A stretch of 64,000 nucleotides of DNA from Candidatus Moraniibacteriota bacterium (lineage in GTDB: Bacteria > Patescibacteriota > Minisyncoccia > Moranbacterales > UBA9337): NCBI GenBank assembly GCA_028695135.1, contig JAQVJM010000003.1, positions 2,571 through 66,570 of the forward strand, given 5' to 3'. The notes under the pieces are model-generated. The model saw only the letters and a list, made by a program, of their open reading frames with translations. It did not search any database and had not been told where the DNA came from. Every line of letters begins with the position of its first letter. The first letter of the stretch is position 1. The position numbers and the translations under genes were made by a program. Of this stretch, positions 21,727-31,875 are shown piece by piece.

Positions 21727-22701
21727 ATGGCTCAAAACTACGGACTGGGAAGAGGATTATCGTCTTTGATACCCCAGAAAAAAATAAATAACGATGATTC
21801 GGATATTTCCTCAAAAGAAGATTCTCAAGAAAAAGAGCCCAAAAAGCGTCCCACTACCAGCTTCGGCTTTCCTTATCTGGGAGATACCAAGACGGCTTTT
21901 TCTAAAAAAGAGGAGATCGGAAAGAGCGATAAGATGGTTTTGGAAGCGGACATAAATGACATAATTACCAATCCCTACCAGCCCAGGATTGATTTTGACA
22001 AAGAAAAATTAAGCGAGCTGGCTAATTCTTTGAAGAATCACGGAATCATCCAGCCGCTTTTGGTTAGCAGAAAAGGAGAAAAGTTTGAATTGGTGGCGGG
22101 GGAGAGAAGATTGCAGGCGGCAAAGCTGGCGGGAATAACGAAAGTGCCAGTGATAGTAAAAGCGGTGGAGAATAAAGAAAAATTGGAGCTAGCCATAATT
22201 GAAAATGTGCAAAGGCACAACTTAAATCCCATAGAAGAGGCAAAAGCTTATCATAAGTTAATAATGGAATTTAAGATGAATCAGGAAGAAGTGGCGGATA
22301 AAATGGGCAAGAGCCGCAGTTCGGTCGCCAACAAGATAAGATTGCTGGGCCTCTCGATAGATGCCGTTAGAGCGCTTAATGAAGGGAAAATAACGGAGGG
22401 ACATGCTAAAATTATTCTATCTCTGGAAGACAAAGAAAAACAAAAAATACTTCTGGATATGATTTTGGAAAAACAACTGACCGTTCGCCAAGCTGAGAAT
22501 AAAATTAATGAAATTTCTAACAGTTTGCGAAAAAGAAAAGCGATCGTTGATCCGGAGATAAGGGATTTGGAAGAGAAATTCAGTTCGGCGCTAGGAACCA
22601 GAGTAAAAGTGAAAAGAATGGGAAAGGAGGGCGGAAGGATAATGATTGATTATTATTCCAAAGAGGAGCTTAACGGGATAGCTCGGAAAATTGAAATATA
22701 A
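21727..22701 (+). CDS. parB: Chromosome partitioning protein ParB/Spo0J
   Basis: GLGRGLSSLIP N-terminal motif, GIIQPLLV, GERRLQAAKLAG, HTH; start chosen at MAQNYGLGRGL rather than the track's upstream ATG at 21649. Confidence 0.8.
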   Translation: MAQNYGLGRGLSSLIPQKKINNDDSDISSKEDSQEKEPKKRPTTSFGFPYLGDTKTAFSKKEEIGKSDKMVLEADINDIITNPYQPRIDFDKEKLSELANSLKNHGIIQPLLVSRKGEKFELVAGERRLQAAKLAGITKVPVIVKAVENKEKLELAIIENVQRHNLNPIEEAKAYHKLIMEFKMNQEEVADKMGKSRSSVANKIRLLGLSIDAVRALNEGKITEGHAKIILSLEDKEKQKILLDMILEKQLTVRQAENKINEISNSLRKRKAIVDPEIRDLEEKFSSALGTRVKVKRMGKEGGRIMIDYYSKEELNGIARKIEI

Positions 22702-22749
22702 TTTTAATTAAAGTTTTTTTGAAATCTCTCCTCAAGAGAGATTTTTTTA

Positions 22750-24294
22750 TCAAGAATTTTCCCCCTCAGGTTTTTTGGCGTTCCTTTTAATATTGCTTCT
22801 GGCAATGGAAGTTTTTACAAATTCCAGCCATTTGGGATTGGGAGCCCTGTTTGTTTTCGAAGTCATTATCTCTATCATCTGTCCGTTTTGGATTTTGTAA
22901 TCCAGAGGAACCATTTTACCGTCAGCCTTGGCTCCGGATATGGAATTTCCAATTTCGGTGTGAATCGCGTAGGCGAAATCCACTGGCGTAGCTTCTTCAG
23001 GAAGATCGATGACGTCTCCTCGGGGAGTGATTGCAAAAATTCTATTTTTAAAAAAGTCTATTTTTAGCCCTTCCAAAAACTCCGTATTATCTTTTCCAAT
23101 TTCTGTCTGCCATTCGCGCAATTGCTTCAGCCAGACCAGTTCTTTTTCCGAAAAAGTTTCCTTAGGACGGAAATAATCTCTCCAATTCCTTTTTTTCTTA
23201 TTTTCGTTATATATCCAGTGAGAAGCGATACCGAATTCAGCCTCGTTGTGCATCTTTTCTGTGCGTATCTGGATTTCCATTATTTTTCCTTCCGGTCCGA
23301 AAATGGTCGTATGGATCGATTGATATCCGTTAGGCTTTGGGAGAGAAATGTAATCCTTGATCCTTCCTACCATGGGGCGGTATTTTTTGTGAACCAGACC
23401 TAATGTCTCATAGCAGTCGGCAATAGAGGGAACTATTATCCTGATGGCAATCAAGTCATAGATTCTTCCTATATTCATATCGTATCTTTTCAATTTTAAA
23501 TAAAGGCTGTGGAGGTGTTTAGCGCGTCCATATATCCGGACATATTCTATGCCGTTCTTTTTTAAGTCCTTTTCCAAATCTCTAATGGCTTGCTTTATGA
23601 ATTTTTCTCCTTCTCTATAATAAGTGTCTCGCAGATTCTTTACGTTTTTATATTCCTTGGGCTTTAGAAATTTAAAGGAAAGATCTTCCAGTTCGGCTTT
23701 GAATTCTCCGATTCCTAATCTGTCGGCCAAAGGAACAAATATCTCCATGGTCTCATTGGCGATTCTCAGCTGTTTGTCGCGCGGATTAAACTGAAGCGTT
23801 CTCATATTGTGTACTCTATCGGCCAGTTTTATTATGACCACCCTGATATCAGCTGCCATTGCCAGAAACATCTTTCTCAGATTTTCCAGAAGATACTCTT
23901 CTTTGGTTTCCCTTAGCTTAATTTTCCCCAACTTGGTTATGCCCTCCACCATATCATGGATCTCCTGTCCGAATTCTCTCTTGATTTCTTCCAATGTAAT
24001 GTTGGTGTCTTCCGGCACGTCATGAAGCAATCCGGCAGCGATAGTCTTGGAGCCCATTCCGATGTCGGCCAATATTTTGGCGGATGCGATAGAGTGTTGG
24101 AAATAGTCTTCCCCTGATCGTCTTTTTTGTCCGGCGTGGGCTTTTTGGGCAAAATCAAAAGCCTTGGTTATCAAAGCTTTTCTCTCATGGGTAAGAGGGA
24201 GCTTAAATGACTTTAAAATATCATTTATCGTTAAGTTATTCATTTTTTTTATGTTTAACATTATTAGTATAATCAATAAGCACCTTATAATCAA
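22750..24294 (-). CDS. rel: RelA/SpoT-family bifunctional (p)ppGpp synthetase/hydrolase, short form (HD + synthetase + TGS, lacking distal C-terminal regulatory domains)
   Basis: HD motif AGLLHDVPEDT, synthetase motif GRIKDYISLPKPNGYQSIHT, TGS-like GKMVPLDYKIQNGQMIEI; only 514 aa. Confidence 0.8.
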   Translation of the reverse strand: MIIRCLLIILIMLNIKKMNNLTINDILKSFKLPLTHERKALITKAFDFAQKAHAGQKRRSGEDYFQHSIASAKILADIGMGSKTIAAGLLHDVPEDTNITLEEIKREFGQEIHDMVEGITKLGKIKLRETKEEYLLENLRKMFLAMAADIRVVIIKLADRVHNMRTLQFNPRDKQLRIANETMEIFVPLADRLGIGEFKAELEDLSFKFLKPKEYKNVKNLRDTYYREGEKFIKQAIRDLEKDLKKNGIEYVRIYGRAKHLHSLYLKLKRYDMNIGRIYDLIAIRIIVPSIADCYETLGLVHKKYRPMVGRIKDYISLPKPNGYQSIHTTIFGPEGKIMEIQIRTEKMHNEAEFGIASHWIYNENKKKRNWRDYFRPKETFSEKELVWLKQLREWQTEIGKDNTEFLEGLKIDFFKNRIFAITPRGDVIDLPEEATPVDFAYAIHTEIGNSISGAKADGKMVPLDYKIQNGQMIEIMTSKTNRAPNPKWLEFVKTSIARSNIKRNAKKPEGENS

Positions 24295-24721
24295 GAAAAT
24301 TACTTAAAGATATCAATTTTAAAAGCATTTTAAATATTTTTTTGTTTTTAATATAGATGAGAATTTTTTGAATCTTATAAAAAACAAACGTTGACGAAGG
24401 TGATAATTTTTTATAAAATAGGAAGGTCGCGCAAAATTCTTAGAAGATCGGGTTTGTCCGACTTTTGAGGAGCGGATACTTTTGTTGGGTTATTTTTTGG
24501 GAGGAGAAAATTTCGTATCGATCCTCAAATCACGGAAGAATAATCTGATGCGCCATCCAATGTTGGCCGGTAAATCAACGCATTTATTTTCAGAAAAAAC
24601 CTTCCGTTTTTGTTTTGAAAAGCGCGATATTTATTTTTCTCAGCGAAGAAAATTATCGCGCTTTTTCCGATATTTTTTATTTTTTGGTGTCCGTTATGTT
24701 TATTTTTCGGAAAGATAGGCA

Positions 24722-24757
24722 TAAAAAAAACAGGGACAGGCTTAAACCTGTCCCTAC
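24722..24757 (-). terminator. Rho-independent terminator downstream of topA (minus strand)
   Basis: Minus-strand reads AGGGACAGG-tttaag-CCTGTCCCT followed by TTTTTTTT. Confidence 0.6.
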
Positions 24758-24789
24758 GATGAATTTTATATTATTAGATCAAAAAACAC

Positions 24790-26961
24790 CTATTTCTTTT
24801 CTAGCTTATCGGGCCTGTTATTCGGACAATTTTTATCAGAGCATCTTTCAGGAATAGTTTTGGTGCCTTGCATCATTAGGGATCCGCAAGTCGGGCATTT
24901 CTTTCCGGTCGGCTTGGCATTGATCGCATATTTGCAATCAGGATAATTCGAGCAGGCATAGAATGTTCCGAAACGTCCTCGTTTTTCCGTCATTTCGCCA
25001 TCTACGCATTTCGGACACTTGACCCCGGTATTTTTTTTGGCGGCTTCCTTGGGATCTTCTTTTATATATTTGCACTTGGGAAAATTACTACAAGAAATAA
25101 ATTTTCCAAATCGTCCTTCTCTAGTGACAAGTTTTCCATCTTCACATTGCGGACATTTTTCCCCGGTCTCTTTCGGTCCTTCCAATTTTTTGCCATCAAT
25201 CGTTCTGGCGCCTTGGCAATCGGGAAACTTTTCACAACTCAGAAACTTTCCGGTTTTCCCCAGTTTTATTATCATCGATCCTTTGCATTCGGGACATTTG
25301 AACTTGCTGTCGGCTTTTCCCAAGTTGGTGATTTTTTCCATCTTTTCTTTTGATCTTACATCTTTGTCGAATGGCGCGTAAAATTCTTTCAGGATCTCAA
25401 CGTATTTTCTTTTTCCTTCCGCAATCTCATCTAGCTCGTTTTCCATTTTAGCCGTGAAAGAGTCGCTGATATATTTGTTGAAATTTTCATTCAAGAAATC
25501 GCTTACGATTTCTCCTGTGTCGGTCGGCTTTAACGCACGACCTTCTTTTGCGGTGTAATTTCTATCCCTGAGAGTTTTGATGATTGTTGCGTAAGTCGAA
25601 GGGCGCCCAATTCCTCTTTTTTCCAATTCTTTTATAAGTCCAGCTTCCGTGTAGCGCGGAGGGGGAAGTGTCTCTTTTTCGAGAGATTCTATCCTTATCA
25701 ATTCCAATTTATCACCTTTTTTCACTTTGGGAAGTTCGATATTTTCTTTTTTGGCGGAAGGATCGGCCAAAAGCCATCCGGGAACAAGCACGCGAAATCC
25801 GCGAGTGAAGAAATCTGGGATTTTTTTATCGGTCTCAATCCCTACTATAAGTTTCAGGCTCAAAGTGTTGGCTTCAACCATTTGAGAAGCTACGGTTCTT
25901 TGCCAAATGAGCTCGTACAGTTTTTTTTGTTCTTCATTTGATCCGGCAATTTCTTTCCGCATATCTGTGGGGCGGATGCCCTCATGGGCTTCTTGAGCCG
26001 ATTTTCTCTTTGATCTGAAGACCCTAGGCTTGAGATTTTCTTTTCCGAATTTTTTACTTACGACTCCGGCGATCTGCTTCATCGCCACATTGCTTAAAGT
26101 GGGGCTATCGGTTCTCATATAAGTGATGAGTCCGGCCTCATAAAGCCTTTGAGCCAGAAACATAGTTTTTGAAGGAGCCAGTCCCAAGCGAGAGCTGGCA
26201 GCTTGTTGGAGGGTGGAAGTTATAAAAGGAGGATAAGGCATTCTCTGTAATTCCTTTTGCTGGATGTCTTTTACTTTCCAATAATTTTTCTTTCCGGCTT
26301 CGATTATTTCGGCTACAATTTTTTTATCTCGCGGTTCGTCAAAGCAGGTGGCGGAAAATTCTTTTTTATCGGAATTTTTTAAATCAGCGACGATTGTCCA
26401 GAATTTTTCCGGTTTGAAATTACTGATTTCTTTTTCTCTTTCGACGATTATGCGCAATGCCGGAGATTGTACTCTTCCCGCACTGAGTCCGTAGCGGACT
26501 TTTTTCCAGATAAGCCCGGATAAGTCATAGCCGAAAAGCCTGTCGAGGACCCGTCTGGCTTCTTGGGCGCTTTTCAAATCCAGATCAATTTTTCTCGGAT
26601 GTTTCATGGCTTCGGCTATCGCCGGTTTGGTTATTTCGTTAAAAACTATCCTTTTGGGATTTTTGAGTTCCAACGCTTCTTTCAAATGCCAAGCGATGGC
26701 TTCTCCTTCCCGATCCGGATCAGTTGCCAAAAGAACCTCAGAAGCTTTGCTGGCTGATTTTTTGAGGTCGGAGATGATTTTTTTCTTGTCTTCGAGTATT
26801 TCGTAATAGGGAACGAATCCTTTTTCTATATTGATGGCTAACCTGTTGCTTTTTGGAAGATCGCGGACATGGCCGACGGAAGATTTTACCTCGTAATCTT
26901 TTCCAAGGTATTTCTTGATCGTTTTTGATTTTGAGGGTGACTCGACGATGACTAGTTTCAT
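24790..26961 (-). CDS. topA: DNA topoisomerase I with four C-terminal C4 zinc ribbons
   Basis: MKLVIVESPSKSKTIKKYLG TOPRIM start, active-site Tyr region, four CxxC...CxxxxPxC modules. Confidence 0.9.
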   Translation of the reverse strand: MKLVIVESPSKSKTIKKYLGKDYEVKSSVGHVRDLPKSNRLAINIEKGFVPYYEILEDKKKIISDLKKSASKASEVLLATDPDREGEAIAWHLKEALELKNPKRIVFNEITKPAIAEAMKHPRKIDLDLKSAQEARRVLDRLFGYDLSGLIWKKVRYGLSAGRVQSPALRIIVEREKEISNFKPEKFWTIVADLKNSDKKEFSATCFDEPRDKKIVAEIIEAGKKNYWKVKDIQQKELQRMPYPPFITSTLQQAASSRLGLAPSKTMFLAQRLYEAGLITYMRTDSPTLSNVAMKQIAGVVSKKFGKENLKPRVFRSKRKSAQEAHEGIRPTDMRKEIAGSNEEQKKLYELIWQRTVASQMVEANTLSLKLIVGIETDKKIPDFFTRGFRVLVPGWLLADPSAKKENIELPKVKKGDKLELIRIESLEKETLPPPRYTEAGLIKELEKRGIGRPSTYATIIKTLRDRNYTAKEGRALKPTDTGEIVSDFLNENFNKYISDSFTAKMENELDEIAEGKRKYVEILKEFYAPFDKDVRSKEKMEKITNLGKADSKFKCPECKGSMIIKLGKTGKFLSCEKFPDCQGARTIDGKKLEGPKETGEKCPQCEDGKLVTREGRFGKFISCSNFPKCKYIKEDPKEAAKKNTGVKCPKCVDGEMTEKRGRFGTFYACSNYPDCKYAINAKPTGKKCPTCGSLMMQGTKTIPERCSDKNCPNNRPDKLEKK

Positions 26962-27048
26962 AATTTAGAATTTGGAATTTAGAAGTTAGAAGTTTGAATC
27001 AGTTTTAACTAAATGATTGAGAATTGAATTAAAATTTATAATTTAAAA

Positions 27049-28125
27049 TTAAATTAATATATAATTTTGTCCGCCGATATCTCTGATCATCCCTTTCATT
27101 TCCAAAATGGCCAAAGTTGAAGACGCGACACTGGTTTTCAGTTTAGCCAGTTTAATTATTCTGTCAATGTGAGTAGGTTCGCTTGATAATATGTCTATGA
27201 TATTTTTTTCCTCGATTGATTCGGGAATAATTTTTTTGGCGCTTTTCTCCATTTTTTTTCTTTCCAAGTTGAGTTCTTCCAAAATATCGCTTACTCCCGC
27301 GACTAATTTTGCCCCTGATCTTATAAGGCGGTTGGCTCCCATCGAAGTTTGGGAAAAAATCGATCCAGGAACGGCGAAGACTTCCCTGTTAAAATCCAAA
27401 GCCAGGCTGGCGGTTATGAGCGTGCCGCTTTTTTCAGCGGCTTCTATCACGACTGTTCCCAATGTCATTCCGGCCATAATTCTATTTCGGGAAGGGAAAG
27501 TTCCGACTGCGGCCGGAGTTGGCAGAGGGTAATCGCTTACGAGAACGCCGTTTTCCATGATGCGCCTTGAGAGATTGAAATTTTCTCTGGGCCCGATATT
27601 CATGTCATCCAAACTGCTTCCGAGAACGGCGATGGTCTTTCCTCCGGCTTCCAGCGCTCCGCGATGAGCGATTGCGTCTATTCCCAAAGCCATTCCGGAT
27701 ACAACCGTAATTCCGGAAACAGCCAGGTCGCGAGAGAGGGAATAAGCGACCTGCTTTCCATAGCTGGTCATTTTTCTCGATCCCACTATGGCTACCATAG
27801 GACTGGTGTTAAAATCAAGATTCCCTTTTTTGTAAATCAAATAAGGAGCGCTGGGGATCTCTTTTAAAAGCTCGGGATATTCATCGTCGGATATTGATGA
27901 AACTCTTATATTTTCTTTTTTAAGATAATTCCATTCCGTGTCGGGATCCAATTTGGCGCGCTCATTTATTATATTTAAAGCTGTTTTTTCATCGATGCCG
28001 CTTTTTAGAAGTTCATCTTTTCCGGATGACCAAATTTTTTCTCCGCTCTTAAAATATTCGGAAAGTATTTTAATTTTTTTGTGTCCTATTCCGCTTATTT
28101 TATTAAGAGCGTTTAAATATTTCAT
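27049..28125 (-). CDS. dprA: DNA processing protein A (Smf)
   Basis: N-terminal HhH (ISGIGHKKIK), Rossmann-like VAIVGSRKMTSYG, C-terminal winged helix. Confidence 0.85.
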   Translation of the reverse strand: MKYLNALNKISGIGHKKIKILSEYFKSGEKIWSSGKDELLKSGIDEKTALNIINERAKLDPDTEWNYLKKENIRVSSISDDEYPELLKEIPSAPYLIYKKGNLDFNTSPMVAIVGSRKMTSYGKQVAYSLSRDLAVSGITVVSGMALGIDAIAHRGALEAGGKTIAVLGSSLDDMNIGPRENFNLSRRIMENGVLVSDYPLPTPAAVGTFPSRNRIMAGMTLGTVVIEAAEKSGTLITASLALDFNREVFAVPGSIFSQTSMGANRLIRSGAKLVAGVSDILEELNLERKKMEKSAKKIIPESIEEKNIIDILSSEPTHIDRIIKLAKLKTSVASSTLAILEMKGMIRDIGGQNYILI

Positions 28126-28295
28126 TTTTCATTTTTATTTATGCAACAATACTCTCAGTATAGCATAAAGTTTTTATAAAAGTGGAATTTTTTTTATTTT
28201 TGAAGTAATATGGAGTGGCAAGGCCGGTTTTTCAAACAGCGTCATTTTTCTAAAATTTTTTTATTTCCCTCATTATCCATGATGGGAGAATCAAA

Positions 28296-28925
28296 ATGGA
28301 TAGATATCAAAAAATACAATATTATACTTCGATATTCTTAAAGATCCTTATAGGCGCGCTTGTTCTTATAAGTGCGATCCGTCAGGATATCTTTTTGGTG
28401 TTCACTTCGCTTCTGGTCTTGTTTTTGAGTTTTACTCCCGCAATTATAACACGAAACTTTAAAGTAAAAATTCCCATAGAGGTGGATTTTGTCCTTACAA
28501 TCATTCTATATTTATGTTACGGACTGGGAGAATACAGCGGATTCTATGTAAAAATTTGGTGGTGGGATCTGTTTCTTCATTTTGGAAACAGCATAGTTCT
28601 TGGAATGGTGGGCTTTATCTTTGCATATTCCCTTCTTTTAACGAGCAAAATTTCCGCCAAGCCTATTTTGATATCAGTGTTCGCCCTCTCGTTCTCTGTC
28701 CTTGTGGGAGTAATATGGGAGATATTCGAGTTCGGGATGGATAGCCTTTTCGGATTTACGATGCAAAAAAGCGGACTGGTGGATACTATGACCGATCTGA
28801 TAGTCAATTTTTTCGGCGCTTCGATCGTAAGTGTTTTTGGATTTATGCACCTGAGAAAACCGGAGCATGGATTATTTGAAAAAATTTTAAGGATATTTGT
28901 AAAGAACAAATCTTATGAAAAATAG
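28296..28925 (+). CDS. Hypothetical polytopic membrane protein
   Basis: 209 aa, 5-6 TM helices, WWDLFLHF segment; overlaps argS start by 11 nt. Confidence 0.45.
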   Translation: MDRYQKIQYYTSIFLKILIGALVLISAIRQDIFLVFTSLLVLFLSFTPAIITRNFKVKIPIEVDFVLTIILYLCYGLGEYSGFYVKIWWWDLFLHFGNSIVLGMVGFIFAYSLLLTSKISAKPILISVFALSFSVLVGVIWEIFEFGMDSLFGFTMQKSGLVDTMTDLIVNFFGASIVSVFGFMHLRKPEHGLFEKILRIFVKNKSYEK

Positions 28926-30594
28926 GATCAAGGAAATTTTGAAAGAAATTGTAAAGAAGAAGTGGAGAGATTTTGACGTGGAAAAAATTGAAGTTAGCTA
29001 TCCTAGTGATGAAAAGTTCGGAGATTTTACCACTAACGTTTCCATGATGCTGGCTAATTTTACCAAGAAGGACCCGATTGAAATTGCCGAGCAGATAAAG
29101 GAAGATAAAAGTTTAATTGATGTCGAAGATTTGGCGAAAATAGAGATTGTTCATCCAGGCTATATCAATTTCTATCTATCGAATAAATATTTCGCTAAAG
29201 AGATAAATGATATTTTAAAAAAAGATAAGGAATGGGGAAAGCTTGAAATAAATTCCGGGAAAAAATATCTATTTGAGCATTCATCTCCCAATCTTTTTAA
29301 GCCTTTTCATATCGGTCATCTGGTAAATAATTCGATCGGAGAATCTCTTGTGAGAATTCTTAAAAAATCCGGAACCGAAGTGATGACTCTTTCTTTCCCT
29401 TCAGATGTTTCTCCCGGCATAGCCAAGACGGTCTGGGCGATAAAAAACAAGGGGTGGGAAAATGATATGACGATCGGAAAAATTGGAGAGGCTTACGTTT
29501 TTGGAACGGCGAAGTATAATGAGGATGAAGGGATAAAAAAAGAAGTTGACGAAATAAATCATAAGATATACGGGAAAGGTGAATTTGAAGAAAAAGATAT
29601 TTATGAGAAAGGACAAAAAATATCCCTTGATTATTTCAGAAAAATTACGAAAAGGCTGGGATCGGATTTTGATGATCTTATTTTTGAGTCGGAAGCTGAA
29701 AAAGCAGGGAAAGAAGTGGTCGAAAAAAATATCCCTTCTGTTTTTGAAAAATCGGACGGAGCAGTTATTTTTCCCGGTTCGAAATACGGTCTTTTTGACA
29801 ATGTTTTCATAAATTCCAACGGATTTGGAACTTATCTTGCTAAGGATATCGGTCTTTTGAAAATAAAATTTGAAAAATTTGATTTTGACAAATCCATAAC
29901 AATAACTGATGTTGAGCAAAAGGATCATTTTCGTCTGGTAGAAAAGTCTGCCGAACTGATAAATAAAGATTGGTCGGAAAAGAGCGAATTCATACAGCAT
30001 GGAAGATTGAATTTTGTCCAGGAAAAAATTTCTTCCAGGTACGGAAATGTTCCTTTGGCGGAAGACCTGATAAGAGATATAAAAGAAAAGGTTTTTGATA
30101 AAATTAAAGATCACGACCTTCTTGATAATAAGAAGAACGACATTGCTGAAAAAATTGCGGTCGGAGCACTTAAATATTCTATTTTAAAATCAAGCACCGG
30201 GAAAAACATAATTTTTGACTTCAACAAATCGATTGCCTTTGAGGGAGATTCCGGTCCTTATCTGCAATATACTTATGTAAGGGCGAGATCCATATTAAGA
30301 AATGTTCAAGATGTTAAAAATGTTAAAAATGTTCGAAATGTGCCGACGGTCGGGAAAAATGTTCTAAAATTTCCTCAGGCGATTGAAATGTCTTTAAAAA
30401 ATTATTCTCCGCATCATATCGCCAATTTTTTGTTTGAACTGGCATCCGAATTCAATTCTTTTTACTCGCATACCAAAGTTTTGGATGAAGAAAATCCGAA
30501 TTATGGATACAATTTGGCGCTGACTCAAGCTGTTGCAATAACTCTCAAAAACGGACTCGATCTTTTGGGAATTGAAACGGTGGAAAAAATGTGA
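28915..30594 (+). CDS. argS: Arginine--tRNA ligase
   Basis: Class I HIGH motif (PFHIGHLVN), C-terminal DALR-type anticodon-binding domain; 559 aa. Confidence 0.85.
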   Translation: MKNRIKEILKEIVKKKWRDFDVEKIEVSYPSDEKFGDFTTNVSMMLANFTKKDPIEIAEQIKEDKSLIDVEDLAKIEIVHPGYINFYLSNKYFAKEINDILKKDKEWGKLEINSGKKYLFEHSSPNLFKPFHIGHLVNNSIGESLVRILKKSGTEVMTLSFPSDVSPGIAKTVWAIKNKGWENDMTIGKIGEAYVFGTAKYNEDEGIKKEVDEINHKIYGKGEFEEKDIYEKGQKISLDYFRKITKRLGSDFDDLIFESEAEKAGKEVVEKNIPSVFEKSDGAVIFPGSKYGLFDNVFINSNGFGTYLAKDIGLLKIKFEKFDFDKSITITDVEQKDHFRLVEKSAELINKDWSEKSEFIQHGRLNFVQEKISSRYGNVPLAEDLIRDIKEKVFDKIKDHDLLDNKKNDIAEKIAVGALKYSILKSSTGKNIIFDFNKSIAFEGDSGPYLQYTYVRARSILRNVQDVKNVKNVRNVPTVGKNVLKFPQAIEMSLKNYSPHHIANFLFELASEFNSFYSHTKVLDEENPNYGYNLALTQAVAITLKNGLDLLGIETVEKM

Positions 30595-30672
30595 TTTTTT
30601 TATTTTTTTTAAATGTTTGAAAAAAGTTATTTGATATAGTATGCTGGAGATATAATAAATTAGCTGAAAAAT

Positions 30673-31863
30673 ATGAGAATAGGAATTGATGCCAGAATAA
30701 TACTCAATCCCCAAAAAGGTGAAGCCATAGGCGCGGGACATTATACCTATCAGCTCATTCGCCATCTTTTGGAAATTGACAAAAAAAACGAGTATGTCCT
30801 GTTTTTTGATTTCAAGGTGAGGGAAAAAGACGTTCGAAAATTTACGCGCGAAAATACAACCATAAGATTTTATCCTTTTTCCGATTACAAAAAATATCTG
30901 CCAGGAGCATATAATGAGATTCTGACAGCCGCTACTTTAAGAAAAGAAAAACTAGATGTTTTGCATTCAACTTCTCCGATGAGCCGGATACCTTTAAGTT
31001 ATAGAGGAAAGACGGTAGTTACTTTCCATGATATGGCGATTTATAAGATCCCCGATTGTTTTTCCAGAGCGGGAAGAGCCAAAAAAAAAGTCTCTTACAG
31101 CTTGATGGCCAATAAGGCCGATAAAATAATCGCCGTTTCCGATTCCATAAAAAAGGACGTGGAGGAAATATTTAAGTCCGGATCAAAAACCGAAGTCATT
31201 TACAGCGGATTGGATAGGAGATTTTTTGAAAATCCTGAAAGAGGCTCCGAGAGAGTCTTGGGAAAATTCGGCATAAAAAAGAAATATATAATATTTTTGG
31301 GAACGATAGAGCCGAGCAAAAATATAACGAGATTGCTCAATGCATTTGCCATTTTCAAGAAAAATAATATTCAGAAAAAAACAGAATCCGGAAGCAGAAA
31401 AGATTTTGATTACCAATTGATTCTTGCCGGGAAAAGAGGCTGGTTGGCTAAAGAATATTTACAGATTGCCAAAGATCTCGGATTGGGAAAAGATGTAATT
31501 TTTACCGGATACGTAATAGGTGACGAGCTGGTTCCTCTCCTAAAAGGTGCGGAATTTTTTATCCTACCTTCATTGTACGAAGGATTCGGCATGACGGTGC
31601 TCGAAGCTTTTGCTACGGGCGTGCCGACCATCGTTTCGGAAGCCGGGTCGCTCAAGGAAGTTGCGGGAGACGCTTCTTACTTCATAAATCCTATTGATAC
31701 GGAGGGCATTGCCGAAGCTATGGAAAAATTTTCGCAAGATGGAAGCCTGAGAGACATTTTCAGACAGAAGGGATTTGAACAGGTAAAAAAATTTGATTGG
31801 AACAAGGTTGCCAAAGAAACAATCGAAGTCTATAATCAAATAGTGGGTGCCGATAAAAAATAA
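30673..31863 (+). CDS. Glycosyltransferase family 4
   Basis: GT-B C-terminal EGFGMTVLEAFATGVPTIVSEAGSLKEV motif. Confidence 0.7.
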   Translation: MRIGIDARIILNPQKGEAIGAGHYTYQLIRHLLEIDKKNEYVLFFDFKVREKDVRKFTRENTTIRFYPFSDYKKYLPGAYNEILTAATLRKEKLDVLHSTSPMSRIPLSYRGKTVVTFHDMAIYKIPDCFSRAGRAKKKVSYSLMANKADKIIAVSDSIKKDVEEIFKSGSKTEVIYSGLDRRFFENPERGSERVLGKFGIKKKYIIFLGTIEPSKNITRLLNAFAIFKKNNIQKKTESGSRKDFDYQLILAGKRGWLAKEYLQIAKDLGLGKDVIFTGYVIGDELVPLLKGAEFFILPSLYEGFGMTVLEAFATGVPTIVSEAGSLKEVAGDASYFINPIDTEGIAEAMEKFSQDGSLRDIFRQKGFEQVKKFDWNKVAKETIEVYNQIVGADKK

Positions 31864-31875
31864 AAAATAAAAATT

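Noticed and set aside
24482-24857. Small ORFs (65-80 aa) in the rel-topA intergenic region
   Set aside because: Phe/Arg-rich translations of AT-rich hairpin DNA, with no RBS. The region is more plausibly regulatory or RNA.
29401-30114. 237-aa minus-strand ORF inside argS
   Set aside because: Antisense of an AT-rich coding region, Phe/Ile/Lys-rich. argS on the plus strand is well supported.
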